A DNA stretch of 32,000 nt from Allobaculum fili (GCF_020969955.1 NZ_JAHDSX010000004.1:60705-92704), one strand, 5' to 3'; positions 1 to 8,709 are shown, counted from the stretch's first letter. Notes: a model not told the origin generated them from the letters alone. Numbers and translations: made by a program.

Positions 1-319
1 GGCCTTCCGAAGCGTCAACCAGCAGAATAACGGTATCGACCGTTCCCATGATGCGCTCCACTTCACTGGAGAAATCCGCGTGACCCGGTGTATCGACAAT
101 ATTGATTTTGACGCCGTTGTGAATAACGGAACAGTTTTTTGAATAAATGGTGATTCCGCGCTCCCGTTCCAGAGCGTTGGAATCCATGACACAATCTACA
201 ACTTCTTCATTATCGCGGAAGACATCGCTCTGACGAAGGAAGGCATCCACCAGGGTGCTCTTGCCGGCGTCGACGTGGGCAATGACCGCAATATTAATAA
301 TTTTTTCTTGATCTGACAT
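1..319 (-). CDS. typA: Translational GTPase TypA/BipA, N-terminal part only (gene runs off the window start)
   Basis: Manual reverse-strand translation from the ATG at 319-317 gives [30 protein letters not shown]...[15 protein letters not shown]...[18 protein letters not shown]. The G1 (AHVDAGKST), G2 (RGITI) and G3 (DTPGH) motifs occur in TypA/BipA order. An AAGAGGA SD lies just upstream. It is absent from the ORF track because it is edge-truncated. Confidence 0.88.
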   Translation of the reverse strand, partial: MSDQEKIINIAVIAHVDAGKSTLVDAFLRQSDVFRDNEEVVDCVMDSNALERERGITIYSKNCSVIHNGVKINIVDTPGHADFSSEVERIMGTVDTVILLVDASEG

Positions 320-733
320 TCGGTCCTCTTTCCATTTTCAGGATAAACGTATGATTTCATGCGGCGATCAGTCAGATTGGCCGTAAAAATCAAAAGAATT
401 ATAGTCCGGGCCATAGAGGATTTCAATTCGCACTCCCGGAAGCCTTTTTCACTCCATTTTGTAAGGGGATCCACTTTTTTAAAAGGGAAGGGTGCAGTCT
501 TAGCCAAAAATGAGATAATGAAAAAGTTCAATAACATTTTAGCCGTCTGTATAACGCTTATTTTGCCTCTTCGTCTTTTTTCGCTCGGTTCGGGCGATTT
601 ACCAGTCGATGGAAAAGTCGGATACGCCAATAAAAAAATGACAGGCAGGTCGATAAAAAAGAGATATCGACAGAAAAGAGAAATGTCGATAGAAAGGGAA
701 GAAGGACGGCTTCTGGAAACAGGATGGTGTTTT

Positions 734-1477
734 ATGGAGATAAGATACTTTAAGGATTACTCCCGTTATCTCGATCGGGATATGGAATTTAAGATGTACG
801 GAGATTCGGGCATTCTCTGCCTGATCATTCCGTGTCAGGACGGCCGCTTCTATGAATGGGAAGACCGCAAGATGTTTGAGCTGATGAAACCGTTCATGGA
901 CGAGGGAAGAGTCCAGTTTGTGACGATCGATACGATCGATAAAGAAACCTGGTCGGACTACGGTCCCAGCGATCACCGCATGTATATGCAGGAAAGCTGG
1001 ATCAACTACATCGTGAACGAACTGCTGCCTTCCGTTCATGAAAAAGCCGGCAAGGATCCGGATGAGCCGATGATGGTCATGGGCTGCTCGCTGGGCGGAA
1101 CGCATGCAGCCAACCTCTTCTTCCGCTTCCCGCAGAAGTTCAATAAGCTTCTCGCCATGAGCGGTGTCTACGATCTTTCCTGCTATATTCACGATAATAA
1201 CTTTGACGGCAACTTTTATCAGAACAGCCCGTTAGCCTATATGCCCAATATGGAAGCTTCGCATCCGTATATTGATCTGTACAACCAGAACAAAGGCTTC
1301 CTGGTCGTGGGACAGGGCGACTGGGAAAGCCAGACCGCCAACGATCTGCGCCGTCTGGCAGATGTTCTGTATCAGAAAGGCATCTGCACGTCCTGCTATT
1401 TCTGGGGTACGGATACGCCGCACGACTGGCCAAGCTGGGAAAAGCAGATTCTCGAATATCTGCCGCAGCTTGTCTGA
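734..1477 (+). CDS. Esterase-family alpha/beta hydrolase (putative esterase / esterase D-like)
   Basis: The ORF 359..1477 contains a GCSLGG nucleophile elbow (GxSxG), and the MEFKMYGDSG...IPCQDG start is typical of about 250-aa 'putative esterase' proteins. The start is set at ATG 734 (MEIRYFKDY...). ATG 683 and ATG 518 are alternatives, so the start is uncertain. Confidence 0.7.
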   Translation: MEIRYFKDYSRYLDRDMEFKMYGDSGILCLIIPCQDGRFYEWEDRKMFELMKPFMDEGRVQFVTIDTIDKETWSDYGPSDHRMYMQESWINYIVNELLPSVHEKAGKDPDEPMMVMGCSLGGTHAANLFFRFPQKFNKLLAMSGVYDLSCYIHDNNFDGNFYQNSPLAYMPNMEASHPYIDLYNQNKGFLVVGQGDWESQTANDLRRLADVLYQKGICTSCYFWGTDTPHDWPSWEKQILEYLPQLV

Positions 1478-1495
1478 ACATCGATACGAAAAAAA

Positions 1496-1521
1496 GGCAC
1501 TGGACGTCTCAGTGCCTTTTT
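1496..1521 (+). terminator. Rho-independent terminator after the esterase gene
   Basis: Stem GGCACTG (1496-1502) pairs with CAGTGCC (1510-1516) around a 7-nt loop, followed by TTTTT. An A-tract upstream makes it potentially bidirectional. Confidence 0.7.
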
Positions 1522-1804
1522 ACTTGGAAAATCTGATGATTTTCCTCCGCCAGATATGATAAAAGGAGCGGATAAATATTAAAAAGAAAGGAGGTAGTCC
1601 AGTTACCCGGACAACATAAGTATAGCCCTTTTTTAAAGGCGAATTTCGGAAGATTTGCCAAAGACGATGCCCGATAGAGGATGAAAAATGCATACAGATC
1701 AGACTGTCGACCGGACAATTGGCCTTGTTTGTACGCGCAGGAAAATCTTACAATGAAAAACGTGCAGTCCGTATATTTTTCGACTGCCGAAAGGGGAGAG
1801 CAAA

Positions 1805-4195
1805 ATGGCACTGACAAAAGAGAAGATTCTGGTCTGGATGTCCGCCGTTAAAGACGAGCAGATGCAGACGATCTGTCTGATGGCCTGGCCGGCAGGAAGA
1901 AAAAAGGATCTGTATGCCCGTCTGCAGACTGCTGCGGCGAAAAAAGTGCGCGGTCAGCGTCTGGACTCGCTTTCCTTGCAGGAAGCAGACGATGCCTCTA
2001 TTCCGTATTTAATGGAATATGTGCAGGCGGTTCGAAACCTTCCCTCCCTGTTTGTCTTCGCAGCGAAGTGCGGACGAAAAGGTGCGCTGGCCATGGATGA
2101 GGCGTTAAAAGAAGCCGCGCAGGCACTGAAAACGCACTGGCCGCAGGCGCAGTTTGAAGTGTTCAGCGACGAAAAGCAGATTCGCTCTAGCCACGTTCAG
2201 TCGTGGATGCGCAAATACCAGCTCGATGGCCAGGCCGTCTCGATGGATGAGGAAAATTCGAGAGCGCTCAAAACGGCTGCGCTGCTCGGCTCTGTCCTTT
2301 TTCTCGAAACCAGACCGAATGTCCAGAAAGAGGATCCAGACGCTTTACTTGAATCGAATGAGCCTGCTTCGCGCTGGAGTGAGGAGAGCCTGAAGTCCTT
2401 GCAGGCGCAAAACGAAAAGCTTCGCCTGCACGTACAGATCGATCCGTCCTGGCATCTTCTGGATGTTGAAGATGTGTATGCGAAGCTGCTCGCACAAAAT
2501 AACGGCTCCCATATGGCACAGGATAAGTCATCCAAAGCCCGCCCCGTCAAAAAGGCGGGGAAAAAGAAAGCGACTCCCAAAAAGGAAAGCGACAGATCGG
2601 GAGAATCCCTTGCTGCAGGTACGCTTTCGAGCGATTCCGCTGACGAAAAAACGCTTCGGGCTCAATTCGCGGTGCTTTTTGCGTTGCAGCCGCAATGGAA
2701 AAAAGGGTCACTTCTCGAGCGCTGGATGAAAAAGGGCCTGCAGCCTGGAACACTTGAAGCGCTCGTTGAACTTGCCGGCAAGCAGATGCCCTATGAAAGT
2801 CTGTCGACGCTGAATCCCGCCAAAATCGAAGCCCAGTACGGAAAGCTGATGGAAGAGCAGGACCGGAAAAATCAGTCTCTGGATGAACAGGCTCTGAAAA
2901 AAACCGAAAGCCGGGTACTGACAGGTATTCAAAAACTGGAGAAAACGATTCTCGATGGTGCTCTTCCCAAACGGGCTGAATGTCTGGCTTCCTATTTTGA
3001 ACAGGACGCGTTTCAAAACGATCTGAAAACCCGTGTCCGAACGGTCCTAACCGAATGGAGCGCGGCTTCGCTTTCAAACCCGCCGCGGAAAAGTCTGCTT
3101 CTGATTGAAGAAGAAAACGGTCTGTACGGGTACTGGCTTTATGACGCATTGAATTTTTCTATGCGTCTGGGCGATCCAGATGTTTTCAGAGAGATCGAAA
3201 ACGAGCGTTCGATCCATATGGAATACGATCAGCTTGGCGACTGGATTTCAAAGATCAGTAAAATACGTCCGCTCTGTCGGATTTACGCCTGTCCTTCCGT
3301 ATTAAAAGGCATTCGCCGTCATCTTCTTCTGGAAAATGCCTACCTTCCGCTTTCGGTCCTGACGGATGAACAGGAAAAACAGCTTCGTCAGATCCAGACA
3401 ATTACCAAAGATGGAAACGACAGCGATCGCGCCGCCGGGACAGCTGATCCGCAAAACCTTCTGTTCTTATCGGATAAAGGCATGCAGACCGAAGGGCCTG
3501 CTGTGTCGTTTCTGGATCCGGAAACCTTTGATCGCCTGAGTCGGAAAGAGAAAAAGCGGCTGCTCGATCTGCCGCTTGAACTCGATGAACTTCGACTGAC
3601 CGCCAGACTTCTGCTTGCGGGCGTTTCCTTTTTGGAAATGCAGGATACGCTGCAGCAGCAAGGAAGTCTGCTTCGTCTGGCCGATCGTGTGCTCCTGCCG
3701 TATCCAAAACGAAAATGGGTTGAAGAAATTCGTAACCCGGAAATCGCACAGATCTTCCTTTCCAAATCGCTGAAGCCTTCTGCAAGGCAGGAAATCATTT
3801 CGCTGGTCCACGGCGGACTTTCTGGAAAGTGGATGAACGAGAATCTGCATTCGAATATGAGTGCAGCGAAAATTGAGCGGATCGTCAAGGGCTATCCCGG
3901 AAATCGCCTGCCCAGAGGCTGGATCGATGCCGCGCAAAAAGTCGAAGAAATCCAAACGGGAAAGGATCCCGAAAATGAAGGGGAAGAATATCCTTCCGCT
4001 TCTTCGAAATGGATCGTTCTGGATTCCGTTCTGGCCGGGCAGATGCTCGATAAACGCGCTGCCTTCTTTCCTGAATCGAGTGCTCTGCAGAGGATGGAAC
4101 AGCTGGCCCTGCTGGATGCTTCGCTGGCTTCAAACGTCCTGCTCGAAACCATTGCCCAATGGGATACGAAACTACAAGACCAGACGGAAGACTGA
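1805..4195 (+). CDS. Hypothetical protein, 796 aa, no recognisable catalytic motif
   Basis: Long uninterrupted ORF with a GGGGAG SD 6-7 nt upstream of the ATG and its own terminator at 4180-4213. Sequence is helix-favouring (L/E/K/Q/A-rich) with a lysine-rich linker (KSSKARPVKKAGKKKATPKKE). I could find no Walker A, HxH, DDE or similar motif. Confidence 0.75.
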   Translation: MALTKEKILVWMSAVKDEQMQTICLMAWPAGRKKDLYARLQTAAAKKVRGQRLDSLSLQEADDASIPYLMEYVQAVRNLPSLFVFAAKCGRKGALAMDEALKEAAQALKTHWPQAQFEVFSDEKQIRSSHVQSWMRKYQLDGQAVSMDEENSRALKTAALLGSVLFLETRPNVQKEDPDALLESNEPASRWSEESLKSLQAQNEKLRLHVQIDPSWHLLDVEDVYAKLLAQNNGSHMAQDKSSKARPVKKAGKKKATPKKESDRSGESLAAGTLSSDSADEKTLRAQFAVLFALQPQWKKGSLLERWMKKGLQPGTLEALVELAGKQMPYESLSTLNPAKIEAQYGKLMEEQDRKNQSLDEQALKKTESRVLTGIQKLEKTILDGALPKRAECLASYFEQDAFQNDLKTRVRTVLTEWSAASLSNPPRKSLLLIEEENGLYGYWLYDALNFSMRLGDPDVFREIENERSIHMEYDQLGDWISKISKIRPLCRIYACPSVLKGIRRHLLLENAYLPLSVLTDEQEKQLRQIQTITKDGNDSDRAAGTADPQNLLFLSDKGMQTEGPAVSFLDPETFDRLSRKEKKRLLDLPLELDELRLTARLLLAGVSFLEMQDTLQQQGSLLRLADRVLLPYPKRKWVEEIRNPEIAQIFLSKSLKPSARQEIISLVHGGLSGKWMNENLHSNMSAAKIERIVKGYPGNRLPRGWIDAAQKVEEIQTGKDPENEGEEYPSASSKWIVLDSVLAGQMLDKRAAFFPESSALQRMEQLALLDASLASNVLLETIAQWDTKLQDQTED

Positions 4196-4213
4196 CCGTC
4201 TGGTTTTTGTTTT
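4180..4213 (+). terminator. Rho-independent terminator of the 796-aa ORF (stop codon lies in the loop)
   Basis: CCAGACGG (4180-4187) pairs with CCGTCTGG (4196-4203), followed by TTTTTGTTTT. Confidence 0.7.
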
Positions 4214-4284
4214 GCCAAGTTTCGATGAGCAGATCCTGGCGAGGAGGACGCTTGAATTTGAAACCGGGAAGCAGGAAAGGATAA

Positions 4285-4312
4285 AGAAAAGCCGGTCACA
4301 TGGACCGGCCAG
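4285..4312 (-). terminator. Candidate terminator of the NifU-like gene (minus strand)
   Basis: GCCGGTC (4291-4297) pairs with GACCGGC (4303-4309). On the minus strand the hairpin is followed by TTTTCTTTAT. Confidence 0.5.
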
Positions 4313-4366
4313 ACTTTTAAAGGGACTGGGAAATCGAGCAGAACACAAGGAAAAAGGGTTTATCGA

Positions 4367-4834
4367 TTAAGCGCCGACGAGTACGACTTCCTTAAGTTCC
4401 GGGAATTCATCCAGCAGAAGCAGACGGATTCCCGTCGAGAAATCTTCACCGGCCATCATGCATCCGGCGCACGCACCCAGGAAGGTGACGTAGGCGATGC
4501 CGTCTTCGTCAATGCCCAGCAGCTGCACGTCGCCGCCGTCCATCTGAATGTACGGACGAATCTTTTCGACAATGCCTTCGGCGCGTTCTTCCCAGACGTT
4601 GCGCTGTTTGCGGGTCAGCTTTTCGCCTTCCGCAAGCGGATGAATTGTATAGGTGCCGTCGTCTTCGCTGACGACTTTATGCTCAGCCGATGCGGCAGCG
4701 TCTTCTGCGCTGGCGTTTTCACTGGCTTCTGCCTTCGCGTTTTCTGTATTTTCTTCAACGGATTCGGCTGCTTTGGGAGCAGCTTCCGTTTTTACTTCTT
4801 TTTCATCGGATTGAAGATCTTTTGTTTCGGACAT
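4367..4834 (-). CDS. NifU-like (Nfu-type) Fe-S cluster carrier domain protein with an acidic N-terminal extension
   Basis: The C-terminal about 85 aa (IVEKIRPYIQMDGGDVQLLGIDEDGIAYVTFLGACAGCMMAGEDF) match the NifU C-terminal domain with its CxxC motif. The N-terminal about 60 aa are E/A/S/K-rich low complexity. An AAGGAAGG SD precedes the ATG. Confidence 0.8.
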   Translation of the reverse strand: MSETKDLQSDEKEVKTEAAPKAAESVEENTENAKAEASENASAEDAAASAEHKVVSEDDGTYTIHPLAEGEKLTRKQRNVWEERAEGIVEKIRPYIQMDGGDVQLLGIDEDGIAYVTFLGACAGCMMAGEDFSTGIRLLLLDEFPELKEVVLVGA

Positions 4835-4968
4835 GACAGTTCCTTCCTTTCCTTAAAAGACTGAATCATTGGATCATAAAAAAGATTTTAATCCCAAACT
4901 GGATTCCGGTTCAAAAAACTCTTTGAATGGATTTGGGCGAAAGGGGCGGTGTGACTGAATTGCCGGGT

Positions 4969-5439
4969 CTACATGGACCAGAGAAAGACTGGGGCCATAA
5001 GAAAGGGAATGAGCAGACCGAGAATAAAGCCGCCGACGACTTCGACAATTTTGTGACCAAGAACCGTCTTGAGTTTCTGCGTATAGAGCGGGCTGTTTAA
5101 AGAGAGCGTGCCTGAAGAGCGAAGATCCTTGATCAGCTCCTGAGTCAGTTCAATATTCTTGCCCGTGTAATAGCGAACATGGCACGCGTCGTACATGACG
5201 ATCAGGGAAAATACTGCGGTAACCGCAAAGAGCGCGGAGTTGAAGCCTTCCTGCATGCCAATCGCAATCGACAGAGCGGTCACGGTTGAAGAATGCGAGG
5301 AGGGAAATCCGCCGGACGCAATCGCCTGACTCCAGTCCCATTGACCAGTACGGAAATAATGTACCGGAATTTTGAGAATCTGCGCGAGAAAGGCGGAAAA
5401 CAGCGCGGTCAGCAGCGGGAAAAGAGATGAAGGAAGCAT
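4969..5439 (-). CDS. Divergent PAP2 / DUF212 (YuiD-like, acid phosphatase/vanadium-haloperoxidase-related) membrane protein
   Basis: The GGFPSSHSSTVTALS signature and a multi-TM hydrophobic profile fit this family. A GAGGAG SD lies upstream. Confidence 0.8.
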   Translation of the reverse strand: MLPSSLFPLLTALFSAFLAQILKIPVHYFRTGQWDWSQAIASGGFPSSHSSTVTALSIAIGMQEGFNSALFAVTAVFSLIVMYDACHVRYYTGKNIELTQELIKDLRSSGTLSLNSPLYTQKLKTVLGHKIVEVVGGFILGLLIPFLMAPVFLWSM

Positions 5440-5557
5440 AATTTCTCCTCACGGCTCATCATGAACCGCTTTTATTGTACCCGCTCTGAAAAAATGCGGA
5501 CGTTTTTTGCGCAGGTGCTCTTCGACAGGCTGAGGGCGCTTTCCTTTGTTTTGAAAA

Positions 5558-5566
5558 TGGTATACT
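5558..5566 (+). promoter_or_regulatory. Candidate extended -10 promoter element (TGgTATACT) for pgi
   Basis: TGGTATACT lies about 30 nt upstream of the pgi start. No good -35 element is present. This is sequence resemblance only. Confidence 0.3.
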
Positions 5567-5593
5567 ACCCGTGTCAGTCAGGAGGAAAAAATT

Positions 5594-6868
5594 TTGATTA
5601 AACTTGATCTGTCTCACGCAAAACTGAACGAGGCCTGCTCAGCCTGGAAAGACCAGGTTGCCATGTACGACAAACAGCTCGTCGAAGGCACCTGCAAAGG
5701 CAACGACTTCATCGGCTGGATGACCTGGTTCGAAGACTATGACCGCGATGAATTCGCCCGCATCAAAGACTGCGCAAAGCGCATTCAGAAAAACAGCGAC
5801 GTTCTCGTTGTCTGCGGCATCGGCGGAAGCTATCTCGGCCCGCGTGCTGCAATTGAAATGATCAACGGTCTTTACCCCGAAGACCAGAAAGTAGAAGTCA
5901 TCTACACCGGAAACACTTTCTCTTCTACCTACATTGCTCAGGTGATGAACTACATCAAGGACAAACGCGTAACGGTAAACGTTATTTCCAAGTCCGGAAC
6001 TACGACCGAAACATCCATCGCGTTCCGTATTCTTGAACAGTTCATGCACGAAAAATACGGAGATGAAGCGAAAAACCGCATTGTCGCAACGACCGACCGT
6101 GCCCGCGGCACCCTCAAAACGCTTGCCGACAAAAAAGGCTACGAAACCTTTGTCATCCCAGATAATATCGGCGGACGCTTCTCTGTAATTACTCCAGTCG
6201 GTCTGCTTCCAATCGCCGTTGCTGGCATCAGCATCGATGATCTGATGAAAGGTCTCGCTGACGGCATGAAAGAATACGGCGACGCCGATGTCGACAAGAA
6301 CCCGGCTTACCAGTATGCCGTTGCCCGCCGCATTCTGCAGAACATGGGCTACGATGTAGAACTTTTCGTAGAATACGAACCGCAGATGCAGAAAGTCGCT
6401 GAATGGTGGAAACAGCTCTTCGGCGAATCCGAAGGCAAGGACGGTCTGGGTATTCTCCCGGATTCCGCTGTCTTCTCGACCGATCTGCACTCCCTTGGCC
6501 AGTTCGTTCAGGACGGCAAGAAAGTTCTGTTTGAAACGAACCTGTACGTCGATCAGCCAGCCCTCGACATCACCTTCCCGCACGATGACGAAAACCTGGA
6601 CAACATGAACTATCTCGCCGGCAAGAGCATTGACTGGGTCAACAAGATGGCTGCCAAAGGCACCCTGCAGGCCCATGAAGTGACCGGAAATGTTCCAAAC
6701 ATTCTCATGACTATGCCAGGCATGACCGCTTACGATTTCGGCAACATGTGCGCCTTCTTCTTCAAGGCCATCGCTATGACTACGCTGCTCAACGGATCCA
6801 ACCCGTTCAACCAGCCAGGCGTTGAAGTCTACAAGAAGAACATGTTCAAACTGCTCGGCAAAGAATAG
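5594..6868 (+). CDS. pgi: Glucose-6-phosphate isomerase (TTG start)
   Basis: The CGIGGSYLGPRA and SKSGTTTET sugar-isomerase motifs and the GESEGKDG motif are present. AGGAGG lies 8 nt upstream of the TTG start. Confidence 0.93.
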   Translation: MIKLDLSHAKLNEACSAWKDQVAMYDKQLVEGTCKGNDFIGWMTWFEDYDRDEFARIKDCAKRIQKNSDVLVVCGIGGSYLGPRAAIEMINGLYPEDQKVEVIYTGNTFSSTYIAQVMNYIKDKRVTVNVISKSGTTTETSIAFRILEQFMHEKYGDEAKNRIVATTDRARGTLKTLADKKGYETFVIPDNIGGRFSVITPVGLLPIAVAGISIDDLMKGLADGMKEYGDADVDKNPAYQYAVARRILQNMGYDVELFVEYEPQMQKVAEWWKQLFGESEGKDGLGILPDSAVFSTDLHSLGQFVQDGKKVLFETNLYVDQPALDITFPHDDENLDNMNYLAGKSIDWVNKMAAKGTLQAHEVTGNVPNILMTMPGMTAYDFGNMCAFFFKAIAMTTLLNGSNPFNQPGVEVYKKNMFKLLGKE

Positions 6869-6922
6869 TCGAGAGTTCAGGCAAGCGCGTTTCCATTTCG
6901 AAAACCCGTTTTGATTCCCCAG

Positions 6923-6959
6923 AGATGAGCAGACTGTCTTCAGTTCGCTCATTTTTTTT
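6923..6959 (+). terminator. Rho-independent terminator of pgi
   Basis: ATGAGC..ACTG (6925-6936) pairs with CAGT..GCTCAT (6941-6952), followed by T8. Confidence 0.65.
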
Positions 6960-7352
6960 GCGCTTTCTTAAAAAGACAGCCGGATCCAGGAAGGATGCGT
7001 TCGATCCGGACGCAGAAAAGCGCAAAATGGAAATCCGGCAGGGCTGCTTTCAAAAAGCCGGCCTAAGCGCGGGTTCAGCGAATGGAAAACGTCAAAAGTA
7101 TGGAATACGTTTGACATAAAATACAACGTGACATGAAAAAATAAACAATCTGCCCATTTTCCTCCTTTACCGGGTATATGTTGGATACGTATTGCCCGGC
7201 TATGGATTTGACAATCCGGAAAATGTGCAGATTTTTCCTTTGGGTAAGGCAGAACAGGCGTCTTCGAGGACTTCGAAGAATATGCCCTTTTTGTGAACTG
7301 CAGGATCACGAATGACAGTCCGGGAATACAGAGAGGAAAAGGAGAAGAAAGG

Positions 7353-8672
7353 ATGAAGAAAAGGAAAATGCCGCTTGCCGAATGGCTGTCGATTAAAGTG
7401 GCGAAAAATCCGTCGCAGGTCGTACTGGCGATCATTTTGCTGTTCAACGTGATTTTCTTTCTGGTCGCCGCTCTGATCATCGACAACCTGGCGCTGCCGG
7501 GAACGGAAACGCTTGGCTTCTGGGAGTCGCTCTACTATTCCGTCATGATGGTACTCGATGCGGGCAACGCGGATACCGTTGTGGATATGGCGACCGGATC
7601 CAAGAAAGTTCTGGCGGTCGTATGCATTGTGATTGTCATCATCGGCATGGTGATTTTTACCGGCGCCGTGATCGGTTACATTACCAACTACATTTCCGAC
7701 TTTGTGGACAACTCGTGTACGGGAAATCATGCACTGAACATTTCCGGTCATCTCGTCATTCTGAACTGGAATAACCGGGCTTCGGAAATTATCAACGACC
7801 TGCTGTTCTGCCCGACTCCGCAAAAAGTTGTCGTTCTGACCGACGGTCAGGTGGAAGAGATCAAAAAGGAAATCAGCGAACGCATACAGGATACGATTCA
7901 CCGGGAAAATACCAGGCTGCACAGAAAATGCCAGAAAATGGGATGGCTGGAAGGGAATATGTATTACCGGCGCAACCGGATTTATGACAATCTGACGGTG
8001 ATCGTTCGGCAGGGCGATGTCTTTTCTTCCAAGCAGCTCAACGATATTGCCTTAAAGCACTCCCGTGCGGTCGTCATTCTCGTCAATGACACAGCAGGGC
8101 GCGTATGCAAGTTTGAACAGAGAGATCTGGAACAGGAAAAGCAGAAAGGCAATCCGCAGATCATCAAGACGCTTATGCAGGTAGCGGACATCACATCCAG
8201 TCAGGAATCGGATGACGATCAGAAAATTATTGTCGAAATTTCCGATCCCTGGACGGAAAAGCTCGTAGAAAAAATCATTCATTACAAACAGGTGCGGGGC
8301 AAATGCAATATCGTACCGATTCGCGTCCACGAAGTGCTCGGCCGCATTCTCTCCCAGTTCTGCCTGATGCCTGAACTCAATAAGGTCTATACCGAACTGT
8401 TCTCCAACCAGGGAACTACGTTTCAGGTCGAGGAGCGAACGGTGTTTGATGATCCAGCCTATATCAGCGAATATCTGCCGTCCCATCCCTGCGCGATTCC
8501 GCTCAGTTCGATGGACTCCGGCGGCCGTCATTATTTCTTCTATTCGGCTTCGGATGAGAAGTACATGAAAGTCACCGAACCGGCCCGGAAATGCCATGTC
8601 ACGGCTAAACTCAATCCCGATTACTGGATTGAGCAGAAAAACGTCATTATCCTCGGGCACAATTCCAATTAA
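7353..8672 (+). CDS. CASTOR/POLLUX-related RCK-domain cation channel, apparently 3'-truncated at an IS junction (possible pseudogene)
   Basis: The start is set at the MKKRKMPLAEW ATG 7353, preceded by GGAGAAGAAAGG. The product has two TM helices flanking a pore-helix/filter-like segment FWESLYYSVMMVLDAGNAD (compare the ADAGN/ADSGN filters of DMI1/CASTOR). A Rossmann-type RCK start follows (GHLVILNWNNRASEIINDL). The ORF stops just as a second RCK-like strand begins (KNVIILGHNSN*), 2 nt before the IS inverted repeat. Confidence 0.65.
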   Translation: MKKRKMPLAEWLSIKVAKNPSQVVLAIILLFNVIFFLVAALIIDNLALPGTETLGFWESLYYSVMMVLDAGNADTVVDMATGSKKVLAVVCIVIVIIGMVIFTGAVIGYITNYISDFVDNSCTGNHALNISGHLVILNWNNRASEIINDLLFCPTPQKVVVLTDGQVEEIKKEISERIQDTIHRENTRLHRKCQKMGWLEGNMYYRRNRIYDNLTVIVRQGDVFSSKQLNDIALKHSRAVVILVNDTAGRVCKFEQRDLEQEKQKGNPQIIKTLMQVADITSSQESDDDQKIIVEISDPWTEKLVEKIIHYKQVRGKCNIVPIRVHEVLGRILSQFCLMPELNKVYTELFSNQGTTFQVEERTVFDDPAYISEYLPSHPCAIPLSSMDSGGRHYFFYSASDEKYMKVTEPARKCHVTAKLNPDYWIEQKNVIILGHNSN

Positions 8673-8674
8673 AC

Positions 8675-8709
8675 TGTACCTCGTAATCTGGACACAAAAT
8701 AGAGAGTAA
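8675..8709 (+). repeat. Putative left inverted repeat of the IS3-family element
   Basis: The left end is TGTACCTCGTAATCTGGACACAAAATAGAGAGTAA. The reverse complement of 10277-10312 is GGTACCCCAAGTCAAGGACAATTTAAAAGAGAGTAA. The match is imperfect, aligned by eye. Confidence 0.45.

Noticed and set aside
359-733. N-terminal 125-codon extension of the esterase ORF in the ORF track, including a signal-peptide-like MKKFNNILAVCITLILPL at ATG 518
   Set aside because: No SD precedes 359 or 518. The extension overlaps the divergent typA promoter region and is K/R-rich low complexity. Esterases of this family are about 250 aa and start close to MEIRYF. The possibility remains, which is why the start confidence was lowered.
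1509-1817. 102-aa minus-strand ORF in the esterase / 796-aa ORF intergenic region, and the 82-aa minus-strand ORF 15836-16084
   Set aside because: Both lie in AT-rich promoter or terminator regions and have no SD or recognisable domains. Their composition is typical of random ORFs.
5639-6952. 437-aa minus-strand ORF, plus the analogous ORFs 30170-31873 (567 aa), 24124-26058 (644 aa), 599-1192, 17757-18668, 18702-19583 and 20700-21446
   Set aside because: All are codon-aligned shadows of well-supported plus-strand genes (pgi, proS, lacZ, esterase, GH31). None shows any independent coding evidence.
6958-7352. c-di-AMP (ydaO/kimA-type) or other riboswitch in the roughly 480-nt region upstream of the cation-channel gene
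   Set aside because: I could not find the paired, pseudo-symmetric conserved blocks of the ydaO motif (GGGGACCCA-like and CCGAACCCG-like elements). The hairpins present are better explained as terminators. This would need an Infernal/Rfam scan to exclude it formally.
6925-7486. 64-aa plus-strand ORF (6925-7119) and 172-aa minus-strand ORF (6968-7486) in the pgi-channel intergenic region
   Set aside because: They overlap terminator hairpins and the channel gene's 5' end, lack SDs and have low-complexity, unconvincing sequences.
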